Shown in pieces: positions 49,607 through 59,343 of a stretch of 64,000 bases of DNA; position 1 is the first letter of the stretch, and each line of letters starts with the position of its first letter. Location of the stretch: IMG/VR virus record IMGVR_UViG_3300027741_000040, positions 31,800-95,799 of that record. The stretch is one strand, 5' to 3'. Both the position numbers and the translations under genes were made by a program. The DNA is from a virus. The notes under the pieces were generated by a model, which made no database searches, had not been told where the DNA came from, and saw only the letters and a program-made list of their open reading frames with translations.

Positions 49607-51645
49607 TTGATTCCCATAGTATCCTTGACCTTTATCCATAAATCATCATAAACTTTAGGATGATCAACCAAATACTGTCTCGTTTTCTCAAGACCTTGAA
49701 ATTTGGGTTTGTCCTCGACAGATGATATAGTATACCACGCACCGCCCTTTGACACAAGTCCTAAATCTACAGCGAGCGTAAGTAATTCCATCTGCTTATC
49801 AATTCCCTGACCATATCTAATATAGCTTGTAATTTTACCGCCAGGAGCACCTAAAGCAGAACACATTACTTGCCAATGTACCTCTTGACCGATTTGAGGA
49901 CTATCTGTACTTAAATTCCAAGGACTAAAATAGTTAGCTTTGATTTTGATATCTGTTTGATAAGCAATAGCTTGGCCGCTCTTTTCTTTCCACTCGCTAT
50001 GACCCATACCCGGATTACCCATTTGATGAGTAATACCTATAACCACATTCCTGTTAACAGGAATAACATTCGATACTTTCCTGCAAAACTTAGCCAATAG
50101 TTTAGCTCCGTCTGCTCTTTGCATCTTATCCATATCGCTAGTAATTTCTGCTTCTGTACACAGAGCAGAATACGAGTCAATAATAACTATCGACCCTGGA
50201 ATTTCATTAATGATTCTTTCACCAATTTGTAAGTATTCTTCTGCATGTAGAATCTTGCCTTCTTGAGATCCTATAATATTGAACTTATCTAGATTTAATC
50301 CTGGTATGCCTTCTAGATCTCTTTTCTTTAAGCGACCTTCTATATTAAGATAGTAAACTTCTCTCCCCTCTTTGAATGATCCGTGAGCATATTCTTTTTT
50401 TTGTGCTGTTGCACAGAAATCTAAGGAGGTAGTTGTATTATGAGTAACAATAAAATGATCGGTTAGGTAGAGTCCATCCTTATGGTCTATCTCTATACAT
50501 TGAGCTTCTTCATGAGAAATCTTTTGGATGTCTACAATTTTTCTGCACAAATCAGGTTTAATTCTTTTGTGCTTGGTCTGTTTCCTAGGTAAACTAAATA
50601 GTTGATTAATATTATTCCCATGAATACAGAGCCTATATGAAAGAAAAGTCTTATTATTACACTTAGTATTTCTTGGTGTCAATACAACAGAATAGCCTAG
50701 TCCCTCTAAGAGTTCTCTAATATCAGAAGCTAATTTTGGTGATACTGTTGAATATTCTGCTCTTTTCCCTTTGCTATTATAACCATCAGTATCCATTAAT
50801 CCACGGATTAATGCCAGCCTATTACTTAATGATACATATTTATAGGAGTTTGGTATAAACTTATTATGAGAATTACAACCCATTAGACCTAATCTTTTCA
50901 GATCTCTGGTTAAGGTATTTTTTACTAGAATATTTGAATCAATTTTTCCGCTAATAGTATAATCATATTTATCAATATGTTTAAAAGATAGTCCTTTTTG
51001 TTGACAAAATGATCTGAATTTATTTGCGATGAACTTGTCAGAGGTTGTAAATCTTGGAGTTTTTTGTGTCAATCCTCCGTCTCCTATCAAGCACCCTAAA
51101 ATATATGGATCAAGAATAAGTTTATTCTTCTGCTTAAAGTAAACAGGTTCCGTTAATGGAATCTTCCACTTCCAACGATCATTGTATCTCAATCCTTCTT
51201 TAAGGATCTGTTCTAGAGTTATTGTTACATAATCACTTCGACGATTATTTTTAGCTACAGTCCAATTATGTTCCAATCCACATTCTGTTGAAGAGCCATC
51301 GTTAAATATAACCTTATAAATATCCTTCTTCCCTTGTGGATATACTCCGATAACTTTTCCGGTACTGCCATCAGGAGTACAGACTACTGTTCCAATTTTC
51401 ATTTCTCCCATTGTGCTTGGTCCATCGGGGGTGTATATTAGACTATCTAACGGCATTTCTTTGCCGCATTTAGGCTGACCAGTAAAAATAACGAATGATC
51501 CTTCTGGGATACCTCCATTCAAAACGACATCTAATGCTGGACTAACGGGAATAGTAACTAACGACTTATCAATAACGGCATTTGCCGTTAGCATGACATT
51601 ATCGCCAAAATTCTTTTTTACATCTTCTTTAAGACTACTCATCAT
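49597..51645 (-). CDS. recA: RecA/UvsX-like recombinase with intein in Walker A
   Basis: LDVVLNGGIPEG, GQPKCGK|TT, IVIIDS, GGAWY; removing the intein leaves 341 aa. Confidence 0.9.
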   Translation of the reverse strand: MMSSLKEDVKKNFGDNVMLTANAVIDKSLVTIPVSPALDVVLNGGIPEGSFVIFTGQPKCGKEMPLDSLIYTPDGPSTMGEMKIGTVVCTPDGSTGKVIGVYPQGKKDIYKVIFNDGSSTECGLEHNWTVAKNNRRSDYVTITLEQILKEGLRYNDRWKWKIPLTEPVYFKQKNKLILDPYILGCLIGDGGLTQKTPRFTTSDKFIANKFRSFCQQKGLSFKHIDKYDYTISGKIDSNILVKNTLTRDLKRLGLMGCNSHNKFIPNSYKYVSLSNRLALIRGLMDTDGYNSKGKRAEYSTVSPKLASDIRELLEGLGYSVVLTPRNTKCNNKTFLSYRLCIHGNNINQLFSLPRKQTKHKRIKPDLCRKIVDIQKISHEEAQCIEIDHKDGLYLTDHFIVTHNTTTSLDFCATAQKKEYAHGSFKEGREVYYLNIEGRLKKRDLEGIPGLNLDKFNIIGSQEGKILHAEEYLQIGERIINEIPGSIVIIDSYSALCTEAEITSDMDKMQRADGAKLLAKFCRKVSNVIPVNRNVVIGITHQMGNPGMGHSEWKEKSGQAIAYQTDIKIKANYFSPWNLSTDSPQIGQEVHWQVMCSALGAPGGKITSYIRYGQGIDKQMELLTLAVDLGLVSKGGAWYTISSVEDKPKFQGLEKTRQYLVDHPKVYDDLWIKVKDTMGIKCK
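50437..51459 (-). mobile_element. Class 3 intein (341 aa) with LAGLIDADG homing endonuclease
   Basis: Begins EMPLDSLIYTPDG and ends VTHN|T; block B EHNW, block F QCIEID; LAGLIDADG motifs ILGCLIGDGG and LIRGLMDTDG. Confidence 0.9.
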
Positions 51646-52054
51646 CTAATTCCTTTAGTTTTGATATGATGTTGCGCTTTTTTACTGGTTGTCTGAATGA
51701 CTGTCTATCATTTCTATTTATCTCAAGGGTGAAATCAGTGTTCTCTGACTCTATGAGATTCTTGTACTTTTCTATGATAGGTATAAGGAATGGAGCGCGC
51801 AAAGAATAAATATTTTTCCCTTTGTCGTCCTGCAATGCCTTTATTATAGGTTTTGGTCCATATTGCTTAACTAGTTTATTAGCAGAAGCAATTTGGTTTC
51901 TATAGAACTTGGCCCACGTTGAATGTGTCCAAAATCTATAGTGTAAATCTAATTTATCTTTTCTTGCCTTATTTTCACATATTATCTCAGTGATAAACTG
52001 TGCTGCGGATACAGTTTTACCATTTGAGTATTTAGACGGATATGTATTGCTCAT
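51635..52054 (-). CDS. Hypothetical protein
   Basis: 139-aa ORF overlapping both neighbours. Confidence 0.7.
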   Translation of the reverse strand: MSNTYPSKYSNGKTVSAAQFITEIICENKARKDKLDLHYRFWTHSTWAKFYRNQIASANKLVKQYGPKPIIKALQDDKGKNIYSLRAPFLIPIIEKYKNLIESENTDFTLEINRNDRQSFRQPVKKRNIISKLKELDDE

Positions 52055-52365
52055 TACTTTTTAGGTTTAAAAATTGACTTGTTCAGATCTCTTCCTTGAG
52101 TTCCTTTTGCTCTTGTTGTATCGTTCATTTCAGAAGCTTCTCTCGTCATGATAGATACAGAATTTAATCCTTTTGAGGATGTATGCCTAATCATTAGGTC
52201 TGGGGATGCAATCTTTTTGGGTGGGTTTTCCGCTATAATCTGATCCACCACAGACTGAACACTACTTTCTGGTAAGCTAACCTTTTTTGCTATAGAACCA
52301 ATATCGTGCTGTTGACTAAATAGCCATCTAATAGCGTATTCTTTGACTGTTGGTATTTTTGCCAT
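52054..52365 (-). CDS. Hypothetical protein, possible N-terminal HTH
   Basis: DIGSIAKKVSLPESSV; TAATG coupling on both sides. Confidence 0.65.
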   Translation of the reverse strand: MAKIPTVKEYAIRWLFSQQHDIGSIAKKVSLPESSVQSVVDQIIAENPPKKIASPDLMIRHTSSKGLNSVSIMTREASEMNDTTRAKGTQGRDLNKSIFKPKK

Positions 52366-52772
52366 TATCCTAGCTCTCTTTCTGCGTTATGTAAATAAGA
52401 TAGGTTTTTAGTATTCAAAAAATTGACATATAAATCAAATGCTTTAGCATTTACATCTCTAAATTTAGATTCAGTTTTACAAACCTTATCTAGAAAAGTA
52501 TTTGTTTTTTCTTGTCCATAAATAGATACTGGATTATATAGTTTACCAGTATTATTGATCTTTACAAGATACCTGATAGATCCATCTTCTCTAACTATTT
52601 TTTTAGCTAAGGACTTATGGATATTTTGTTCTAAAACTCTACTATTTTTATTAGTATCTACAAAGTCTCCAGTGTCCACTAAAGAATAGTATTCGTTTTC
52701 TTCAGAATCCCTGGTTTTGGGATTCATAATAAAATCATTTTCATTAAATTCAGTTATTTTTTGCGTCTTCAT
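52365..52772 (-). CDS. Hypothetical protein, paralog of 53431..53847
   Basis: Shared DF.D...R, NP, F....CK...KF..V....F..Y.NFL.T.N...L..A.RE. Confidence 0.7.
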   Translation of the reverse strand: MKTQKITEFNENDFIMNPKTRDSEENEYYSLVDTGDFVDTNKNSRVLEQNIHKSLAKKIVREDGSIRYLVKINNTGKLYNPVSIYGQEKTNTFLDKVCKTESKFRDVNAKAFDLYVNFLNTKNLSYLHNAERELG

Positions 52773-53082
52773 AAGATTTGCTCATAGATTTTTCTAAATG
52801 ATTAAAAAAGGCTTTCAAGAATACATTATAGTCTTTATTTGACGGGATAGGGATTCTATAGTTTTGTTTACAGATTTCTTTTGTTCCAATCTGTTCGCCA
52901 GATTCATCCTCTTCCATTACGCTTGCCATAACATTAATAACTATTTCATGTCTACATGCTATTAATTTTTTGTCTTCTAAAAAAAGAGCATCATGTATTG
53001 AGTCATGATTAATACCTTCGTATAGCCTATAAACTAATTTCTCTATCTCATCTGCTTTTGCGTCTTTTGGTAGCTGATCCAT
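52750..53082 (-). CDS. Hypothetical protein
   Basis: 110-aa ORF in a tightly packed operon. Confidence 0.6.
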   Translation of the reverse strand: MDQLPKDAKADEIEKLVYRLYEGINHDSIHDALFLEDKKLIACRHEIVINVMASVMEEDESGEQIGTKEICKQNYRIPIPSNKDYNVFLKAFFNHLEKSMSKSYEDAKNN

Positions 53083-53431
53083 TGTCTGTCCATTTCATTT
53101 TAGATTTTGGTTTATCTATTCTACTCATTCCAGTCGGCAACGATTTGGTCTTATCAAAACCTTCTTTATATGAATTGTGTTTTGCATACAGGTGATGTTT
53201 TTGATCGTCACTAAATCTATCATTATTTCTTTTAGCTAAATGATCCAGCGTTTTTACTTCGGAATCAGCTAATTTAATAGAGGTATTAATTGAGCTTAAA
53301 TCATCCTCGTAGGATCTGCTTGCAGTAGATCCGCATTGGTCACATGATTGCTGATCTTGATAGGCTTTGATGGTAAAAAATAATTCAAATTTGTGGTTAC
53401 ACTTGTTGCAGTGAAAGGTGTATGTGGGCAT
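53048..53431 (-). CDS. FmdB-family zinc-ribbon protein
   Basis: MPTYTFHCNKCNHKFE...CDQCGS; ATG 53431 coupled to the upstream TAA. Confidence 0.82.
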   Translation of the reverse strand: MPTYTFHCNKCNHKFELFFTIKAYQDQQSCDQCGSTASRSYEDDLSSINTSIKLADSEVKTLDHLAKRNNDRFSDDQKHHLYAKHNSYKEGFDKTKSLPTGMSRIDKPKSKMKWTDNGSATKRRKSR

Positions 53432-53847
53432 TACTTGATCTCTCTTTGAGCATGATTTAACCACTGAGTATTTTCTGTTGATAAAAAATTGAGATATTTA
53501 TTGAATACAGATTCTGAAACTTCTGTAAATTTGAGATTTGACTTGCATGTCTGGTTAATAAATGACTTTTTTATCTTTGGTTCTATCGAATGAAGCTCAA
53601 TAGGATTGTGTATAATTTTATTTGGGTCGGTCATAATATAATAACCGTATCTCCTAACAGTACTATCCTTAAAGTGTTTTGATTTTTTGTCTTTAGTACA
53701 TTTAGCGTAAACATTCTTATTACTCTCTAGATTACATCTAGGGTATCCAGAATCATCCATAAAATCTTCGAGTCCTATCTTCGTATAAAATTTTGGACTA
53801 AAATCATTATCATGATTAATTACGAAGGAATCTCTATCTATTCTCAT
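53431..53847 (-). CDS. Hypothetical protein, paralog of 52365..52772
   Basis: Shares the motifs listed for 52365..52772. Confidence 0.7.
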   Translation of the reverse strand: MRIDRDSFVINHDNDFSPKFYTKIGLEDFMDDSGYPRCNLESNKNVYAKCTKDKKSKHFKDSTVRRYGYYIMTDPNKIIHNPIELHSIEPKIKKSFINQTCKSNLKFTEVSESVFNKYLNFLSTENTQWLNHAQREIK

Positions 53848-54428
53848 AAACTATATGACCTCGGTAAATACGATATCCATTCTGTCGGTATCTTGTCCTT
53901 TATTGTAAGTAGACGATGTGTCATTGGCAAGAATTTTAAATTTTTCTTTGGTGCAATAGGCAGGTTTTGTAATGGCATATTTGCTTGTTTGGGCGTTTTA
54001 TTACCCTTTTTCCTATTGCAAGATACGCAAGCCGTTACAATATTGGTCCAGCATGTTGGGGATCCTTGTTCGTAGTCCCATTGAGATTTTGGCACAACAT
54101 GATCATATGTTAAGACCGCTATCTCTTTTTGTTTATTACAATATTGACAGGTATAATCATCTCTTAAAAAGATATTTTTACGAGAAAAATTAACTTGCTC
54201 ATTATGAATGCGAAAATATTTAGCGGTTTTTACTACTGCTGGAATAGGATATCTTTTATTATGGGTTCCCATAATATAATCATCTTTATAGAAGTCTATA
54301 ACCTCTACTCCAATAGAAGTATCTGTTTCATGTCTCATGGACCATATTAGTGCTCTTTTCCAACTAATAATGCCCATTGGACTATAATCAGCATTTAATA
54401 CTAAAGATCTTTTATGATTTTCTTTCAT
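53844..54428 (-). CDS. HNH endonuclease (McrA-like)
   Basis: LVLNADY.P, SRKNIFLRDDYTCQYC, DHVVPKS, WTNIVTACVSCNRKKG. Confidence 0.9.
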   Translation of the reverse strand: MKENHKRSLVLNADYSPMGIISWKRALIWSMRHETDTSIGVEVIDFYKDDYIMGTHNKRYPIPAVVKTAKYFRIHNEQVNFSRKNIFLRDDYTCQYCNKQKEIAVLTYDHVVPKSQWDYEQGSPTCWTNIVTACVSCNRKKGNKTPKQANMPLQNLPIAPKKNLKFLPMTHRLLTIKDKIPTEWISYLPRSYSL

Positions 54429-55140
54429 CTTTTTCGTAATTATCTAGTCTTCCGATTATTTTACCAATGATGGGATTTCTGACAATATCAGCGTGCTCTA
54501 ACCTTGATACTCCTATATCCTCTACTCCATCTAGGGCATGAATCATATCATAAAAACCTCCTTGCATGTGTCTATGTAGGTCAGATTGACTAACGTCTCC
54601 AGTTAGAATCATTTTGCTATTCATTCCGATTCTGGTTAATAACATTTTAAGTTGATCATATGAAGCATTTTGGCACTCATCGGCAACAATAAAAGCGTTA
54701 TGAAAATTACGACCTCTCATAAGACCTAGTGGCACTATTTCAATTTTATTATTTGTTTTTAGGTTTACAAATTGAGCATTTGATATGAAGTAATTAACCT
54801 CGTCAAGTAATGGTAATAAATATGGATGTAATTTTTCTTCTGCTGTTCCTGGTAAATATCCAATCTTCTCTCCGGATTCTACTACTGGTCTAGTAATAAT
54901 AATTTTTTTGACCTTTTCATCAAGAAGATATTCTAGTGCCATGCCGATAGCGATATGGGTTTTACCACTCCCTGCTACGCCCTGACAAAAAGTAATAACA
55001 TTTTCTGCAGCATTTCTTATATATTCTTTTTGATTATCTGTTCTGGGCTTTAATCTATTTCGGTAAACGGCTCCTTGTTGAATAATATTGTTTGTTGCAT
55101 CAATCACCTTGGACCTTTTCTTTGTGTTTTTTTTTCTCAA
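54412..55140 (-). CDS. phoH: PhoH-family ATPase
   Basis: GVAGSGKT, ITRPVVE, GYLPG, MRGRNF, DECQN, LTRIG, TGDVSQSD; TTG start. Confidence 0.93.
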   Translation of the reverse strand: MRKKNTKKRSKVIDATNNIIQQGAVYRNRLKPRTDNQKEYIRNAAENVITFCQGVAGSGKTHIAIGMALEYLLDEKVKKIIITRPVVESGEKIGYLPGTAEEKLHPYLLPLLDEVNYFISNAQFVNLKTNNKIEIVPLGLMRGRNFHNAFIVADECQNASYDQLKMLLTRIGMNSKMILTGDVSQSDLHRHMQGGFYDMIHALDGVEDIGVSRLEHADIVRNPIIGKIIGRLDNYEKDERKS

Positions 55141-55180
55141 GGCTTACCCTTTACTATGAGAGAGAGATGTACCAATATAT

Positions 55181-55198
55181 GTGTATAATACACCGCTA
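55181..55198 (-). promoter_or_regulatory. GGTGTAT motif (candidate phage promoter) upstream of phoH
   Basis: TAGCGGTGTATTATACAC, with a GTGTA/TACAC inverted repeat. Confidence 0.55.
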
Positions 55199-55253
55199 TC
55201 TATAGCTTATTAAATTATTCTAATTAAATTAATCAGTTTAATTTGATCATCTT

Positions 55254-57446
55254 TTACAATAAACACGCTCCTCCAGCACAACTTATTTCTTCTATACCTG
55301 CAGTATTATCTTCGGTTTCTGATAGCTGGGTGTAGTCTACTTTTTGAAAACTATCAAATAAATCGCAATAGATTTTCCAATTATAGACATCCTTCATGCA
55401 ATATGTAAGTCTCTTGACATCTCCTTCAAAATATTTGCCAGCAAAGTTTTTCATTTTTGTTACAAATTTAATTTTGTGTTCATCATCAGTATCTTTGGCT
55501 TGATTCATTGATACATAATCGCAAGCAGCCCAAAGATTATTATTAAAGGAATTGAGACCGAGCTCTATTAAACCAGAACACCATAAAGCGGCATCCCCAT
55601 ATTCTTTAACAATTTCTCTACTAGTGTAAACAGTAGTAAATGGGGCTTGAGGATAGTCCTTATCTCCGCTTTGTGGAATCAGGGATATTCCTGCAAAATA
55701 TTTTCGATTATCATAAATATATTTAGTTACAGAATCCCACTCGTCTTGTTTAACTGTGACAGTATTACTTACGTTATGACTTAAATATTCCTGAGTACAT
55801 AATGATCTATTTTTACCAGATTGTACCCAGTTCTTTTGAGTCTCTTTTACAACAGATAGCATGTCTACTGCCGGTAATTGATTTCTTAACTTTGCACCAT
55901 CTGGAACCTCTATTGGAAATTTAATAACTTCATCAGTATTATTTGCTGACCATGAAGATTTTTGACAGGCTTGTGGGTTTAGTTTTTTAAAGTGTTGATA
56001 TGGTGCTTCTAAAATGTTAGCTTGTACATGACGTATATATCGTTTGGCATGGTGAGGATGAATACCGGAACTAGTCCCCAACATACTTGACGAAGTACCT
56101 TCTGGCTTCAAACAGGTTACTCTGGCAGCTTGATTAATATTGATCTTCTTAGCAATTTGCTTATTAGTCTCAACAGCAATCTTTGCTCCCTTAGTTAATG
56201 TTTTTTCTGATAATACCAGATCATGCTTTTCCATAGTGCCAGTTAATGAAACTCCAAGCAAGGCTTCTCTTTCAAATATCTTTTCACTAGTCTGTCCGAG
56301 ATATTCCATTTTGGTAAAGCCAGCCTGTAAAGTGCCTATAATTGCTGCTGCTCTACATCTCTCATAAAAATCTTCTTCGTCTTCTACACTAGAGCAATTT
56401 ATGGTAGAGAGATTACATCCTTGCCATCCAGTTTTTCCGGAGGCTTCTTCTATAGGCCACATTCCAATTTCGACACAAGGATTAAAAATCATTTCTGTTG
56501 ATTCGCTCCAAATAAATCCCGGTTCTCCAAACTCTTTTACTGATTGCATTAAGATAGCAAATTGCTCAAAAGTAGTTTCGTTCTTTAGGAGTAGTGCAGA
56601 ATTGTTGCTACGCGCTCTTTGTGGATTTTCTACATACCAATTGCCTGTTTTTGCTTTAGCCATCTCTTCATCGTCGGGACTAAATAGGGCTAGAGAAGCA
56701 CTTCTTCTGACACCACCAGACAGAACAGCATCGCTGCTATGCATAACAATGTCATAAGCGTCAATTGGTCTTAGTTTTTTTTGGCCGTTACTAATACATC
56801 TATCCAGCAAAGCTCTGATCTTCTCAAGTCCGTTAGCCAACGGTTCGTATCCGGGGGCTTTGCCAACACCAGATGCTAATGACGATCCCTTGGGTCTGAT
56901 ATTAGAATAATCAAATACGATATGACTATTTTTGTATTGTTTGAATTCTTCAACTGGCTTACTAAAATAAGAACTTAATAATACCCCCAGAGCATTGGCC
57001 CATCCTTCAATACTGTCATCAATTACATATTTGATAGCTTGATCATTTTCTATTTCATGTTCTAGTATTGGCAATTTTGCAACGTGATGTTTCTGTACAC
57101 TAAATCCTGTACCAGAACCACATAATAGCAACCAAAAACACTCTTGGAAGAATCTTAAGCGATCACAATAACTTGCTGTGCAATTATAAATTTTTGCATG
57201 TCTCTTTAGAATAGGATCTCCACCGAACTGCAATGCTCTTTGACTACCAAGAACCTTCTTTTTATACATAATATCATATGCCCAATCGATATCTTCTGCT
57301 ATACCAAAAGAGTCATATTGAGTATGCATCATTGTTCGTACTCTGTCAACAGCCTCTTTCCAAGTTTCTCTGCGATTCTTATCCTCTAACCAACGAGCAT
57401 ATTTACTAACGAATGTATAATTTTGTAGTTCTTGAAGAGCCGACAT
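55254..57446 (-). CDS. nrdJ: Class II (B12-dependent) ribonucleotide reductase
   Basis: YNC, GGVRRSA, NPCVEI, GCNL, KPEGT, C-terminal CAGGAC; no small subunit gene adjacent. Confidence 0.88.
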   Translation of the reverse strand: MSALQELQNYTFVSKYARWLEDKNRRETWKEAVDRVRTMMHTQYDSFGIAEDIDWAYDIMYKKKVLGSQRALQFGGDPILKRHAKIYNCTASYCDRLRFFQECFWLLLCGSGTGFSVQKHHVAKLPILEHEIENDQAIKYVIDDSIEGWANALGVLLSSYFSKPVEEFKQYKNSHIVFDYSNIRPKGSSLASGVGKAPGYEPLANGLEKIRALLDRCISNGQKKLRPIDAYDIVMHSSDAVLSGGVRRSASLALFSPDDEEMAKAKTGNWYVENPQRARSNNSALLLKNETTFEQFAILMQSVKEFGEPGFIWSESTEMIFNPCVEIGMWPIEEASGKTGWQGCNLSTINCSSVEDEEDFYERCRAAAIIGTLQAGFTKMEYLGQTSEKIFEREALLGVSLTGTMEKHDLVLSEKTLTKGAKIAVETNKQIAKKININQAARVTCLKPEGTSSSMLGTSSGIHPHHAKRYIRHVQANILEAPYQHFKKLNPQACQKSSWSANNTDEVIKFPIEVPDGAKLRNQLPAVDMLSVVKETQKNWVQSGKNRSLCTQEYLSHNVSNTVTVKQDEWDSVTKYIYDNRKYFAGISLIPQSGDKDYPQAPFTTVYTSREIVKEYGDAALWCSGLIELGLNSFNNNLWAACDYVSMNQAKDTDDEHKIKFVTKMKNFAGKYFEGDVKRLTYCMKDVYNWKIYCDLFDSFQKVDYTQLSETEDNTAGIEEISCAGGACLL

Positions 57447-57447
57447 G

Positions 57448-57585
57448 TTATCTCCTATTAAGTAGTGCGATGAGTCCTAGAATGATGGTGACAGCAAATT
57501 GTCTATTTATACCTGGGTCACCAATATATTCTAGATATGATAAATAAAATATTGAAATATAGAAAATGAAAATTGATATATTCAT
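57448..57585 (-). CDS. Small membrane protein (45 aa), below the ORF-track cutoff
   Basis: MNISIFIFYISIFYLSYLEYIGDPGINRQFAVTIILGLIALLNRR; ATGA overlap upstream, ends 1 nt before the nrdJ ATG. Confidence 0.6.
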   Translation of the reverse strand: MNISIFIFYISIFYLSYLEYIGDPGINRQFAVTIILGLIALLNRR

Positions 57586-58049
57586 ATTACACCACATAAA
57601 TTCTTGAGCCAAGATAGATCTGGTGTTACTTTCACTATCTTGATTCCGCTCATATTAACAAAAGTGTCAAATATTTTTTGTGCATTTTCATCAAACAGAT
57701 GAGTTCCGTGATCATCGACCATATAAACTGTTTGAATGCCTTCTTGCCACAGAGCCATTATGCAGTCATTGCAGCATTGGCCTGTTACATACGCTATTCC
57801 ATTATCTGGTCTAACCACACAGTTGGATAATGCATTTCTTTCTGAATGAACCATCCATACGTATTTATCTGGGCGATTCTTTGGAAGTTTACTGTCGTCT
57901 AGTCCTCGTGGATAGCCATTATATCCCACTCCCAGTATCCTATTATTTTGATCTGTTATCACACATCCGTGCTGAGTATGAATATCGTGGCTTCTTTGGG
58001 AAACAACTTTTGCTAGTCCCAAGAAATAGTCTGTCCAGATTGGTCTCAT
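57582..58049 (-). CDS. dCMP deaminase (ComEB-like)
   Basis: W..YF, GYNG.PRG, HSERNA, CCNDC. Confidence 0.88.
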   Translation of the reverse strand: MRPIWTDYFLGLAKVVSQRSHDIHTQHGCVITDQNNRILGVGYNGYPRGLDDSKLPKNRPDKYVWMVHSERNALSNCVVRPDNGIAYVTGQCCNDCIMALWQEGIQTVYMVDDHGTHLFDENAQKIFDTFVNMSGIKIVKVTPDLSWLKNLCGVI

Positions 58050-58061
58050 TTTAAGAGTTGA

Positions 58062-58307
58062 TTATTTTTCTAATAGCTTTTTATAAAATACTAGGGAAGT
58101 AACTGCTCCGGCTACTCCCATTATTACCCCTGCGGGCTGTAATGGAGTCATACCCAATAGATAGGTTATTATACCTCCGCAGTACGATCCCGCAACCCCT
58201 AGAGCTATAGTTTTCCAAAAGCCAAAATTTTCTTCTCCTGGCACTACACTCTTAGCTATAGACCCTACAAACAAACCATAAACACACCAGATCATTATAT
58301 TAAACAT
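58062..58307 (-). CDS. GlsB/YeaQ/YmgE-family membrane protein
   Basis: W...GL.VG.IAK...PG...TIALGVAGS..GG...GVAGA. Confidence 0.82.
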   Translation of the reverse strand: MFNIMIWCVYGLFVGSIAKSVVPGEENFGFWKTIALGVAGSYCGGIITYLLGMTPLQPAGVIMGVAGAVTSLVFYKKLLEK

Positions 58308-58698
58308 TTGCTGCCTCCACTAAAGTTGTTACTTCATCATCCGTGAGAATTTCTCCTGTTTCTAACAAAGCATTCAATATTGCTAAAGAATATTTTTCAT
58401 AATCTTCTTTTTTCATTTCTCTACGAAGAATTTTTTTAATTCTCATTTTGGTAAACCAGCCTCTGCGTTCACTAAAAGTATGAAGTTGCTCACCATACAT
58501 TGAATACTTATCTTCTGCTGTAGATTGAGCGGTTAGTTTATTTTTATTGCACTCTTGGAGTATTCTTACGCAGGTTAGGATGATGCTGATGATCATTAAT
58601 ATGGTTACTATAGCAAAACCATAATTGTCTGTTTTGGGAACGGTGGACTTCTCTAAAACTTTGATTGCGATAGTCTTCAGTTTTTCATTATTAACCAT
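58300..58698 (-). CDS. Hypothetical single-pass membrane protein
   Basis: Hydrophobic segment FAIVTILMIISIILTCV. Confidence 0.65.
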   Translation of the reverse strand: MVNNEKLKTIAIKVLEKSTVPKTDNYGFAIVTILMIISIILTCVRILQECNKNKLTAQSTAEDKYSMYGEQLHTFSERRGWFTKMRIKKILRREMKKEDYEKYSLAILNALLETGEILTDDEVTTLVEAANV

Positions 58699-58700
58699 AA

Positions 58701-59048
58701 CTATCTCCTAATCATTGGTGGATTTGGACATTTGCCGTCTGGGCAATTAACTGCTTTTGGAATAGATGGAGTTATTGATTTAATGGGCCCAAGAGACACA
58801 GAACCCTTATCTGCTTCACAATATGTACAATCAATTTTTAATATACCATCACCACTCATGTACCATCCCTTACCTTTGCAAACAGGACAGTCTTTTCTTT
58901 TGTACTTTTGTGATGTCTCTTGGGTATGCTTTGCTTTAATAATACCTCCAGCAAGAGTTACCGGGGCCGTTGTAGACCCATAGTAATGAGACTGGGTGAA
59001 TAACAAACTAACACAGAATAGACCAACAAATAATTTATTCATTTTCAT
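58701..59048 (-). CDS. Secreted/membrane-anchored Cys-rich protein
   Basis: Signal-like N-terminus; CPVCKGKG...CTYC; CPDGKCP tail. Confidence 0.65.
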   Translation of the reverse strand: MKMNKLFVGLFCVSLLFTQSHYYGSTTAPVTLAGGIIKAKHTQETSQKYKRKDCPVCKGKGWYMSGDGILKIDCTYCEADKGSVSLGPIKSITPSIPKAVNCPDGKCPNPPMIRR

Positions 59049-59262
59049 CTTTCCATGGAAGAGGTATAATATTGTCGATAGTATCTATAACCCTTTTTAA
59101 TGGACGAGGTCTATTGGGTTTCACTGGAGTATTAGGGTTGTCTACTTTCGGTTTAGGTGTAAGTTTTTCTTGTGCCTTACTAAACAACCTTGATAGTGTT
59201 TCTATAACACGAATAATCATATTGATGATGGCTCTAATCTCTAATCTTTCTCTTAGATTCAT
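59035..59262 (-). CDS. Hypothetical protein
   Basis: 75 aa; amphipathic helix plus Pro/Lys-rich region. Confidence 0.6.
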   Translation of the reverse strand: MNLRERLEIRAIINMIIRVIETLSRLFSKAQEKLTPKPKVDNPNTPVKPNRPRPLKRVIDTIDNIIPLPWKDENE

Positions 59263-59282
59263 AAAAGATTCCTAGTAAGAAT

Positions 59283-59308
59283 TTAGGTATGTATTAATAT
59301 ACACCTAA
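59283..59308 (-). promoter_or_regulatory. GGTGTAT motif within an imperfect inverted repeat
   Basis: TTAGGTGTATAT-TA-ATACATACCTAA, in the gap upstream of ATG 59262. Confidence 0.55.
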
Positions 59309-59343
59309 TAAGAGATGATCAATTAAATTAGCAAATTGCTATT

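Noticed and set aside
51429-53423. Additional GGTGTAT matches on the + strand at about 51430 and 53417
   Set aside because: They are antisense within coding regions; several chance matches of a 7-mer are expected in 64 kb of AT-rich DNA.
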